Positions 38,889 to 51,110 of a DNA stretch of 64,000 nt are shown here, piece by piece. The first letter of the stretch is position 1. Each line of letters starts with the position of its first letter. Where the stretch lies: assembly GCF_009914755.1 (NCBI RefSeq), contig NC_060944.1; one strand, given 5' to 3'. The position numbers and the translations under genes were made by a program. A model generated the notes under the pieces. The model searched no databases. It saw nothing but the letters and a program-made list of their open reading frames with translations, and had not been told where the DNA came from. The stretch comes from the human T2T-CHM13v2.0 reference genome, Homo sapiens.

Positions 38889-39267
38889 AAATGATTTTTT
38901 TTTGTTTTTTGTTTTTGTCTCCCTAGAATTTCTGATGGCTGGGTGCTCAGGCCTGATTAGCATGGAGACATATTGCTCCTGAAGTTTGCTGAAAGGAGAA
39001 TCTGGAGGCTCACAAATTTGGTTGCTAATGTCATTCTCCAAATTCTAGAGGTGATTGCTGAGTTATGTGCAACACCTGGCATGGGTTTTGGTACAATTTA
39101 TCATTCCTCCATGGGATAGTATTTGCATGGAAGGTGGTTATATTAAATGCAGCTTTGAAATAAAGAAATCTCATGCTACTCACTTCTGATGGCCCCATCA
39201 GAAGTTTATTATGGCAGAGAACACAAACTATGTGCTGCAAAAGTTGTTAGTTTGCTTGTTCACTTGC

Positions 39268-39291
39268 TCTTTCTCAATCTCTCTCTCCCTG

Positions 39292-39322
<31 letters not shown>
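39268..39322. repeat. (CT)n/(CTGT)n microsatellite
   Basis: Seen directly. Confidence 0.85.
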
Positions 39323-39737
39323 GAGTAATAAAAAATGATTAATGGAGTAGGCTTAGTTTAGATGAATTCTGTGCAAAGTTATTTTACATAAAATGAATTT
39401 TTTTCCACAATACTCTATTTCCATCTCTGCTTTATCATTGCCTTTTTGTTTGAATTAATGCAATAATATTACCAAAGTCATCCTCCATTACACTACCATT
39501 TGCTCCCACATTCAAGGCAACGATGTCATTTCCAGATGAAACTATTTGTCCTTGTTAAAACAGACAAGGCAGTTGGTACATTCAGACTCAATTACTAAGT
39601 TGCATGATTGATTCCAAGACAGAACTGAGAGCTAAGGCAAATGAAACTTGTCATTAACTGTGCAGTATGTTTTTCTTCTGCTAGATCTGATAGGAGAAAG
39701 ATTCACATAGCTGGATCTAAGAGGGAAGCGAAAGGGA

Positions 39738-40378
39738 GTTAGCCCAGATCAGTTCCCAGAAAACAGACTCTAAGACAGAGTTTAGAATGCTAGATGTTTA
39801 TTAAGGAGTGCCCTTAATCAATACCTGGGGAAGAGAGAGAGAGGAAGCAGGAGTAGGCTGAAGGAGAAGGTGAGCTGGATGTAGACCCAATGATGGACCC
39901 TACAGACACAGTGAGGAACTCTGAAGCTGGAAGGACCCTTCAGTGTTGTACTGATGAGCCAAGGTGGCCAGGCCTTATACCACTTCATTGATCAGTTACT
40001 GGTGTGAACTGTCCTGAGCAGGAGCATGATTCTGGGTGAGGTGGCTTTTTATAGCTGAGGCAGTCCTTGAAAATGTTGATAGTTGAAGGCTGTCTGCTGG
40101 GTTCTAGGTCCTAGACTCATGGTCAGTGATTCTCAACAAGGGGTGATTTTTTCCCCCTGGGAACATTTGACAATGTCTAGAAATATTTCTGATTAGCACA
40201 ACTGGAGAGATGCTACTGATATCTAGCTGGTAGCATCCAGGGGTGCTGCTAAACTTACCACAATGCACATAGCCTCCAAGAACAAAGAATTATCTGGTCC
40301 AAAATATCAATAGTGCTGAGGTTGGGAAGCCTTGCTCTGGAGCAACAGAACCTGGTGGACATCACAGCATCCATGCCA
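39738..40378 (-). mobile_element. LTR16-family ERVL LTR interrupted by MER20
   Basis: GTTCCCAGAAAACAGACTCTAAGACAGAG...GTTTATTAAGGAGTGCCC...GGAAGCAGGAGTAGGC. Confidence 0.7.
40124..40334 (+). mobile_element. MER20 hAT-Charlie MITE
   Basis: CAGTGATTCTCAAC...CATTTGACAATGTCTAGA...GTGCTGCTAAAC...AAAGAATTATCTGGTCCAAAATATCAATAGTGCTGAGGTTG. Confidence 0.9.
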
Positions 40379-40618
40379 GGAGTCATCACTAATCAAGATA
40401 TTACTACTTCTCAGACACAATGCTCATGTTCTTTATTTCTCTTACTCCTTCTACAAACCCTTTGAGGCAGGCCTCAGAGTTTCCATTTACTAAAGAAAAA
40501 AGCAGTGCTCAGAGTAGTTCAGTAAACTGACCCACGTTATGAATTGGAAGGACACCAAGATGTGAATTAAAGTGGGCCATCTTGTTGAAAACATTTTGCT
40601 ATCTTCTGGCTTTCCCTT

Positions 40619-41153
40619 TGAAAGAGTTCAGAACATACAACCCAAAAATGTGCCCCTCTGGCACATTGACTATTTTGAGTCAAAGGCACGTAAAAAAAGG
40701 GCAGGTGCAAGAAGAACACTCTTGCAGTCCTTTTTAAAAGCAGGAGATAAAATTTCCAGTTGAAATATATCCTCCCTGTACTAGAAGAAAAGTGTCATTC
40801 TTATCATCAAGGATGGGAAGTTGAGGTCACTGGAAATCTGTCCAAACACACCTTGTTAAACTAACTCTTGTCTTTCTTATCACTTCACCCAATTAACTAC
40901 CCTAGCCCAAGCCCCTTTACCTTGTCACATCTTCATAATCTACTACTCTTTGTCCAATTTAGTATATGTGTTTAACTTTAACTGCATCTTTCAGTCATCA
41001 TTTTCTTATGAAGCCTCCAATGCCACATACAACTTGAATTAAATACATTTGTATTGTATTTTTTTTCTTGTTGATCTGTCTTGTGTCAATTTAATTATCA
41101 GCCACAACTGAAAAACTCTAGGAAGGTAGAGGTAAAATCTTGCCTTCCCTACA
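40619..41153 (+). mobile_element. MER34-family ERV1 solo LTR with 4-bp TSD
   Basis: TG...CAGAACATACAACCCAAAAATGTGCC...GACTATTTTGAG...CCTTCCCTACA; TSD CCTT at 40615-40618 and 41154-41157. Confidence 0.85.
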
Positions 41154-42057
41154 CCTTGAGGGCTCAATGCAGAGGTTGTCAAACATTTTTTTTTTCTCTC
41201 CAGACATGAGATACATGATGCTCACATGTTCAGTTTGCTCCCATGGAATTCCTGGGGCTCAAGCTGTAAACTCACTTTTATCCTACTTAAAAGGTACAGT
41301 GGAACATGACTGGCATGGCACAAATATGGGGATGAATCTGAATCCTCTCTGATTTGTATTTTTAAGTAGACTGTTCCTGAACTCTGAGTCCTTTCTAATC
41401 GTAACAAATATATAGTAAGCTTGCAGTTGATTTTCATACGGAGAGTAACGCCTATTGATAGTGTTGGTGAATGCCTGTAAAGAGACTACATCACTTTCAG
41501 AGTCTGTGTTACACTGTTGCTTCATGATCTGTATCACTGAATGATTAAGTCATTTAAGAACATTCTTCAGATGTTATTGGCACCTCAAGAACCGTCAGAA
41601 TCAAAGCATTGACTCATAAATTTAATTTAAAAAGAGCAGCTACTATGTTCCAGAAACTGTTCTACTTTCTCATTATAAACAGTAGAATTCACTATTAATA
41701 GTAAAGGCTTCCACAGGAGCAGAAAAAAGCATATATCATTTTACAGACATACAGTTGAGCTTAACAAAGTCAATTTGTACTCTCTCTGAAACAAAATCAC
41801 ATAAATTTTGACGTTTTTAATAGAGCATCATGCAAAGGGAATAAACAAACATAGGCTATGCAATAGTGTTAATAGAAATAAAAGGCAGTACACATTTAGC
41901 CAAAAGATATAAACAAAAAGGACTTAGATCTTTTATTATTATTGACCTCAATAGTAATGTTAGTTATTATGGTCCATAGCAGCTGCAGTTTTTAGATTCT
42001 AGCATAGTGCCAGTAACTTAAAAAAAAATTCTGTCATTAATTCCAACAGCACATTTC

Positions 42058-42696
42058 TTTTTTCACTTTTTATTTTATAGATTTAGGGGGTACAAGTGCA
42101 CTGTTGTTACATGAATATACTGTGTAATGGTGAAGACTAGGCTTTTAGTGTAACCGTCACTCTAACAGTGTACATATACTGTACCCTTCAGGTAGTTTCT
42201 CACCCCTTGCCTCCTTCCACCTTTCTGAGTCTTCAATGAATTATTCTACTCTCTATGTCCATGTGTACTCATTTTTTAGCTACCACTAAAATGAGAACAT
42301 GCAGTATTTGTCTTTCTGTGACTGAGTTATTTCACTTAAAATAATGGTCTCTAGTTCCATCTATATTGCTGCAAAACACATGATTTCATTCTTTTTTGTG
42401 GCTGAGTAGTATTCCACCTACCATCTTTTCTTTATCCAGTTCTCCACTGATGGACACTTAGGTTGACTCCATATTGTTACTATTGTGAATTTGTATTGTA
42501 TTTTTTTTCTTGTTATAGATAGCACTGTGATAAATGCAGGAATAGAGGTTTTTAAAAAAATAATAATTTCTTTTCCTTTGAGGAGATACTGAGCAGTGAG
42601 ATTGTTGGATGGAATGGTAGTTCTATCTTTAGTTCTTTGAGAAATCTCCGTACTGTTTTCTGTAGAGGTTGTACTAATTTACATTCCCACCAATAG
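42058..42696 (-). mobile_element. L1PB/L1MA-type 3' end, 5'-truncated, inserted in a MIR
   Basis: GGGGGTACAAGTGCA...GAGAACATGCAGTATTTG...GTTGTACTAATTTACATTCCCACCAA; TSD ACA(G/A)CACATTTCT at ~42046-42058 and ~42700-42712. Confidence 0.92.
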
Positions 42697-42937
42697 TCCA
42701 CAACACATTTCTGTATGGTGGGCATTATCTTCCTTTTACAATTGAAAAATACAGACCAGAAAGAGTAAAACAGCTTGGTTGAATTTACACAGAAATCCCT
42801 TGGCAGAGAAAGTTGCCATACCCAGACCACTTTCTATAGCTAGAAAGCCTAATTTAGAGTAAAATGTACATTTATATTTGTCAATTCATTTTTTTCAATC
42901 AAATTCTCTGAACACTGCTAAGCAAAATATGGCATAA

Positions 42938-43510
42938 GCAGTACTGTGCTGGTAAATGTTTAAAGACTGGCTGTCAAAAAAGGGGTACATATTATATAAG
43001 CTTCTTTTAAATTGTACTGACATAAAGAACATGTAGCACACAATTTACATATAATAATAAATAATATATGTAATACTCTTTATTATACATTCTAAATAGT
43101 TTTTTGATTTTCACAGAATGCTTTTGTTGAATTTTACCTAAAATGTGTATCAATAGCCAGTCTGTGGTTTTAACTGTCCCACAATATGGGTCATGAATGT
43201 TAATTGATGTTTTCAGATTTTAAGCAACTGATGTGACATCAGGTACCATGGAGCTGGAAAGAGAGACTTGTGTAGTATTTTACCATACACATACGACAGA
43301 CACACATAATCTCAAGAGCATAGGTAATAGTCAAATGTGCAAAGTAATTAGAAAGGGATGAGTTCTGACTATTGGTTATCTGTGTTTTGATATAATTTAT
43401 TTCATTGTAGGTTTATATAATTTAATTTCTTAATAATAACTTTAACAATTGCCTCACAAGATTCCTGAAAACTTAGCAGTTGGTTCTCGTGAGCTGATGT
43501 AACTGCTGAT
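42938..43510 (-). mobile_element. MER63-family hAT (Blackjack) element
   Basis: CAGTACTGTGCTGGTAAATGTTTAA... and TTCCTGAAAACTTAGCAGTTGGTTCTCGTGAGCTG. Confidence 0.7.
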
Positions 43511-45239
43511 AGGGAACAGTTACCAGTTAATCAAATATCCCCATTTCCAGTGTCCCCTACTCCAACTCATAGCTCTGAATATGTAAGTAGAGGGCATCCC
43601 ATTATCAAACAAAATAGATGTTGAGAAAGATGATGTTGCGTAGAGTTGTTTCTTTAATATTCATTGTTATTTTTGTGGTTTATTCACAGGCATTTCCCTG
43701 CATCTCAACAGGCATTTATGGTAAGTGATACAGCTTTTGATGATGTTTGTATTTCTTTATTTTGCTGTTAAATGCAGAGATTCAGTGAAAAAATAAGAGG
43801 TTCTCTGATGAATATATTTTGCTGTGATTTAGAGACTAAAAATGCTCGTCAAATCCCATTAAAGAATGTCATGAGGCTATTCAGATTCTTTTGGGTTCTT
43901 GAATTTGGTTATATCGGGTATCACATGAAATTATTTGATACATTGTGGCTTGATGTCTTTTGTTAAACAAAAAATTTGGTTCCAGTAGGATTGACTTCTA
44001 ATATTGCTTTGTTTAATGAAATCAAATTTCTTCTCAGTAGAAAGCATAATGTACATAGAGTTTAGCAGTATCATTATTTTGTTGCTATTTACAAAATAAT
44101 AGAAAAATTAAAATGCATACATATGCATATATCTGTGTTTTCAAATTTTAAAAAAGTCCAAAGAAGTGACTTTTACTAAATATGAAGAATTTTAATAAAC
44201 TGCAAATTTTTTTTTCTGCATAGTGATGGATTGTGTTAAGTAGTGAATGCCTCACTTACAGATGGAAGCAAAATGTTTCTTAATCACTTGCTTTCACTAG
44301 CCTAAAGCTCTCTAAATATTCTTCCACCTACCTACAAGAACTTTTTTATACTTTTTTTCAGACCATTAATAAGTCTGTTTTATAATGTTAAAGATTTTCT
44401 GATCTAAGTGAAATAGATTACATTCTTTCTGAACTTAAACTTCTCACATGGAAGCTGTCAGCTGAAGCACAAAATATGTAAAAATCTAACATATATGTAT
44501 ATATTTTAAATTCATTATTACAATGAAGGACTACCTAGATTGATGTCAAAGGTAGGAGCTTTACTTTTTTTCTTCATCTGGTATTTCTTTTGAAGGTCTT
44601 GAGCAAAATAAAATGAGAAATGTAGGCCTGAACCAAATTAAGTGGGAAAGGATTTTGTCACACTATTTAAAAATTTAAGGTTTCCTCCTTCAATTTAAGC
44701 CTTCTTCCTCTCCAGATTCCCCTACAGCCTGTCTTTGTGGAAACAGGATGAGCACTGGGCTGGAGGGGGCTAAACTAGACCATCTGCACAATTATCCCCA
44801 TCATGGCCATTCTTTCTGCCTCACAAATGCCCAATAACAAACCTTAAATATTTGCTTAAAGGAAGTATTATGTACAAAGTTATGCCTGGCAAATACCCTA
44901 ACTCTTTATTTCGCCTTATGTAGAGTCAAACCAAACTTCATTGCAGAAATGGTTTTTATTATGAAAATGTTCTTTCATTGCAATCTTGATTTTCCTTGCC
45001 AAAAAAACAAACAAAAACCTAATGCCTACACCAATACTGTATACATCATTTTCTATGTTTATTACCTTGTCAGAGAGTTGAAGTATGTTTTACTTCTGAG
45101 AATCTTATGGTAATGTGTTAAGAGCTTCAAAAAGGGAATTGATGTAATATATATGGTATACTATAAGTAGGGGGGTGGTGGGAAAGGAAAACAGAAAAGC
45201 AAAGGAAAATAGGGAAGGACCATAAAATTAGAGGCTCCA

Positions 45240-47480
45240 ATATGATCATGTCAATAGATGCAGAAAAAGCAATTGATAAAATCCAGCATCCTTTATGATA
45301 AAAACCCTCAACAAAATGGGCATAGAAGGGACTTACATTAAAGTAATAAAAGCCATATATGACAAACCAACAACCAACATCATACTGAATGGGGAAAAGT
45401 TAAAAGCATTCCCCATGAGAACTGGAACAAGACAAGGATGCCCATTTTCACCACTTGTTTTCAACATAGCACTGGAAATTTTAGCCAGAGCAATCAGACG
45501 AGAGAAAGAAATAAAAGGCATCCAAGTCAAAAAAGCAGAAGTTAGACTGTTGCTGTTCTCTATAATATGATCATTTACCTAGAAAACCCTAAAACTCACA
45601 CAAAAAGCTCCTCAATCTGATAAACGAATTCAGGAATGTCTCAGGATACCAAATCCATGTACAGAAATCAGTAGCACTGCTATAAACCAACAACAACCAA
45701 GTTGAGAATCAAATCAGGAACTCAATCCCTTTCACAAGAGCTGCAAAAAAAAAAAAAAAAAAAAAGATAAAATATTTAGGATTATACTTAACCAAGGAGG
45801 TGAAACATCTCTACAAGACAAACTATGAAACACTGCTGAAAGTACTCAGAGATGACACAAACAAATGGAAATATATCCCATGCTCATGGATGGGTAGAAT
45901 CAGTATTGTGAAAATGACCATACTTCCTACAGATTCCCATCAAAATACCATCATCATTCTTCACAGAACTAGGAAAAAAAAGCTGAAAATTCATATGGAA
46001 CCAAAAAAACAGCCTGCATAGCCAAAGTAATATTAAGCAAAAAAAAAAATCTGGAGGCATGACATTACTCAACTTCAAATTATACTACAGGTCTATAACT
46101 AACAAAACAGCATGGTACTCCTATAAAGCAGGCACATAGACCAACAGAACAGAATAAAGAATCCAGATATAAAGCCAAATACTTACAGCAAACTGATCTT
46201 CAACAAAGCATACAAAAACATAAATTGGGGAAAGGATATCCTATTCAATAAATGGTGCTGGGAAACCTGGCAAGCCACAAGTAGAATGAAACTAGATCCT
46301 CATTTCTCACCTCACACAAAAATCAACTCAAGATGGAGCAAAGACTTAAATCTAAGACCTGAAACCATAAAAATTCTGGAAGAAAACTCTTCTAGACACT
46401 GGCTTAGGCAAAGAATTCATGACTAAGACCTCAAAAGCAGATGCAACAAAAACAAAAATAAATAATTGGGACCTAAATTAACTAAAAAGCTTCTGCACAG
46501 CAAAATAAATAATCAGCAAGCAGACAATCCACAGAGTGGGAGAAAATATTTGCAAACTATGCATCTGACCAAGAACTAATACCCAGAATCTATAAGAAAC
46601 TCAAACATATCAGCAAGAAAAAAAAAAATCCCATAAAAAATGGGCAAAGGACATAGACAATTCTCAAAAGAAGATATGCAAGCAGCCAACAAACATGTGA
46701 AAAAATGCTCAACCTCACTAATTATCAGGGAAATGCAAGTTAAAACCACGATGAGATACCACCTTACTCCTGCAAGAATGGCCATAATTAAAAAGTCAAA
46801 AAACAATAGATGTTGGGGTGGATGTGGTGGAAAGGGAACACATTTACACTGCTGGCGGGAATGTAAATTAGTACAACCATTATGGAAAATGGTATGGAGA
46901 TTCCTTAAAGAGCTCAAAATAGAACTACCATTCCATCCAGCAATCCACTACTGAGTATTTATCCAGAGGAAAAGAAGTCGTTATATGAGAAAGACACTTG
47001 CACATGCAAGTTTATAGCAGCACAATTCACAATTGCAAAGATATGGAACCAACCTAAATGCCCATCAACCAATGAGTAGATAAAGAAAATGTGGTATGTA
47101 TATACCCCATGGAATACTACTCAGCCATGAAAAGGAATGAAATAATGTCTTTTGCAGCAATGTGGATGGAGCTGGAGGCCATTATTCTAAGTGAAGTAAC
47201 TTTAGAAATGGGAAGTCAAGTATTGTATGTTCTCACTTTGATGTTAGAACTAAGCTATGAGGATGCAAAGGCATAAGAATGATATCATGGACTTTGGGGA
47301 CTTGAGGGTGACGGGTGGGAGGGGTTTGAGGGATGTAAAACTGTCTGTTGGATGCAGTGTACACTGCTTGGGTGACAGGTACGCCAATATCTCAGAAATT
47401 ACCACCAAAGAATTTTTGCATGTAACCAAAAACCACATGTACCCCCAAAAATGTTGAAATAAAAATACAATTTAAAAAAG
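45240..47480 (+). mobile_element. L1PB1/2-like LINE-1, 5'-truncated within ORF2 RT
   Basis: Starts ATATGATCATGTCAATAGATGCAGAAAAAGC; 3' UTR AAGCTATGAGGATGCAAAGGCATAAGAATGAT...CATGTAACCAAAAACCAC...AATAAA. Confidence 0.95.
45241..47230 (+). pseudogene. disrupted L1 ORF2 (RT and C-terminal domains)
   Basis: Fragments [58 protein letters not shown]; the expected catalytic FADD motif reads FSII-stop; multiple frameshifts. Confidence 0.92.
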
Positions 47481-47689
47481 TTTAAAAAGGCATTTTACTT
47501 AATCACTATAATACAAAAAAGCAGAAGAAAACACATTTTCCAATACAGTAGACATAACTTAAAAATATTCAAGTATCTCATGAGATCTGTGGTATATTTA
47601 TGTATCTATAATTCATTAACAATTCATCTTTCACTTAATAATAATATTTATTTGTTCCACACACAATGTAATAATTTAAACACACACAC

Positions 47690-47940
47690 AAAAGAATTGT
47701 TAGATCATATTATATGGACATGTTTAACTGTATTGTGAAATACCAAACTGTTTTCTAAAGTGATTGAATCAATTTATACTCCTACCCACTCTACCCACTC
47801 CATTTGAAGATCACCATGTTCCCTGTCCTCCCCAGTGTTTGGTATTGCCAGTCTCTAAAATTGTTGCCAATTTACTGAGTGTGAAATTTTATCCCATTGT
47901 GGTTTAAATTTGCATTTTCTTGATTATTAATAAAGTAAAC
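47690..47940 (-). mobile_element. ancient L1M fragment (within the putative transduced segment)
   Basis: GAAATACCAAACTGTTTTCTAAAGTG...CATTGTGGTTTAAATTTGCATTTTCTTGATTA. Confidence 0.75.
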
Positions 47941-48411
47941 TTTTTAAATATCAAAAACAAAAGAGTCTCCAGAGTGGACAGTAAGAACTAACTAAAATCT
48001 AGAGTGGATCATGGTCCATTTTAATCTGTGAAGAATAGGGATTTCACCCTAGAGAGAGTAATGTGGTTCAAAATATAATAACTGATTCAGTACACCATTG
48101 TGGCGAATGGGAGGGAAATAGTGAAGATTGTCAGGCATGGCATTAATAGTGTGAGTCACATTAGCTGGCTTGGAGGGCTGTCACCAGGCAAGTTTAGTCA
48201 TTTTCACAATGCTAGGTCAAAGAAAATACTTCTTCAGTCCTGGCTACTTGTCTCTTTCTCCTCTGTTTTTTGGTAAATTTACAAGTGAGACTGATATACA
48301 CAAAGGTCGCATGCCATATTGCTTTTGGTTAGTCCCCCTGGGGTTGAAACCTAACTTTCCTTTTAGCTTCATAACCTTCTGTTTCAGTAACTTTAGGTTG
48401 CTATGTCTCTG

Positions 48412-48884
48412 TGGTTTATAGACCATTCAGCATTATGCAACTTGAAAATTACTTCATATGTCCTGCATTAGTCCGTTTTCATGCTGCCGATAAAGAAATA
48501 CCTGAGACTCCGTAATTCACAAAAGAAAGAGGTAATTGGACTCACAGTTCCACATGGCTGGGGAGGCCTCACAATCATGGTGGAAGGCAAGGAAGAGCAA
48601 GTCACGTCTTACATGGATGGCAGCAGACAGAAAGAGAGCTTGTGCAGAGAAACTCCTGTTTTCAAAACCATCACATCTCATGAGACCCATTAACTATCAC
48701 AACAACAGCAAAGGGAAGACCCACCCACATGATTCACTCATCTCCCACTTAGTCCTTCCCACAATATGTGGGAATTATGGGAGCTACAGGAGGAGATTTG
48801 GGTGGGGACACAGAGCCAAACCATACCATTTATGGTTTATAGACCATTCAGCATTATGCAACTTGAAAATTATTTCATATGTCC
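48412..48884 (+). repeat. 52-bp direct repeat flanking THE1 (48412-48463 and 48833-48884)
   Basis: TGGTTTATAGACCATTCAGCATTATGCAACTTGAAAATTA(C/T)TTCATATGTCC twice, one mismatch. Confidence 0.97.
48464..48828 (-). mobile_element. THE1 (THE1C-like) MaLR solo LTR
   Basis: TGCATTAGTCCGTTTTCATGCTGCCGATAAAG...GAGCAAGTCACGTCTTACATGGATGGCAGCAG...GGGGACACAGAGCCAAACCATACCA. Confidence 0.95.
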
Positions 48885-49785
48885 CTGGTGAAGTTACAGC
48901 TTTCTCAGTCCTTGCTTCTTTCCCAGGATCTGTGTATTACAGACTAGTTTTCTTGCTCTTATTTGAAGCCCTCTTCCTCCTTCATTAACCAGATAAGTTT
49001 TCTTTCATCTTTTTTTTATTAGGGTTTGACGTAATATTCTATTTAAAGAAAGTGGTCCATAGCTGAAAAGAAAAATTTTACAAAGCAAACACAACTCCCA
49101 ACATTTTTGTAAGTCATACTAGAATGGAGGTAGAGAAGGTTTTTAGAATCATTTCCTGGTGGCACTCTTTTTCTTTCTTGTTCCATATTCCAAATCTCAC
49201 TAGAATTGTTTTTCTAAAATACCACTTGGTGCGTGCTTCCCATCTGCCCAGGAGCCTTTGCTCATATTCTATTGCTTGCAGATTGATGTTCACTCTTCCT
49301 AGCCTGAACAATGGGCACTTTCTATATCTCCATAAACTAGTGCTTTCAAAATGTGTGAGAGGGAGGGAAATTGGTGTGCTAAGGATGTAAATTGGTGTGC
49401 TAAGAAATTTATATATGCCTTTTCCTTTGCATCTTTAAAAGGGGGATTTAATTTATGGCAGTTCTTAAAGTTATTTGATGATAGAAACTAGTATATCCTC
49501 AACATTTCTCTGGACTATGTTTTCTTCAGAATATAGTTTGAGAAATTTCTTGGTACCCATTCATCATGGTTATATCTTCTGTGACCCACATGTACATGAT
49601 CTGATGAATATAAGAACTTGCCATTGCACAGTGAGGTCCAATCTTGGGTCCCTTCCTGAAACTTACTCCTTAACACCTCTTCCCCAATGCACACACACCA
49701 AATTCGCACATACCATCACCACCAGTGTTGTCTATCTCATGCCCCAAACAGAAACATGCCAAGCACATTTAAGCAGACTGAAACA

Positions 49786-50842
<1,057 letters not shown>

Positions 50843-50859
50843 CAGGCTGAAACTTGATC

Positions 50860-51110
50860 TGCAGGAAGTCTTCCTTAGGTATGCCAACCCTTGGTGGTCA
50901 TTATACTTTCTGAAATTTTTTTAGCATTTGTGTCAGGACAATTATCAACTGCTTCCTCATGTTGCTCCATAGATTGCTGTTTATATATTCTGTGCTCACA
51001 GCCAGTTTGGAATTTAAAGAGCAGGAATTCACTTCTGCATATCCTTTGCACACCCAGTGCCTAGCAAAGCACTGTGTCTCTAGGAGAAGCTCAGCAAATA
51101 TTTGGTTCAT
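50860..51110 (+). mobile_element. L2 3' end
   Basis: CCCAGTGCCTAGCAAAGCACTG...GCTCAGCAAATATTTG. Confidence 0.6.

Noticed and set aside
45295-47276. ORFs resembling reverse transcriptase
   Set aside because: Fragments of a 5'-truncated, frameshifted L1 ORF2 with the catalytic motif destroyed; not a functional or novel RT system.
48481-48988. 150-aa and 70-aa ORFs
   Set aside because: Lie within the THE1 LTR; typical spurious LTR frames.
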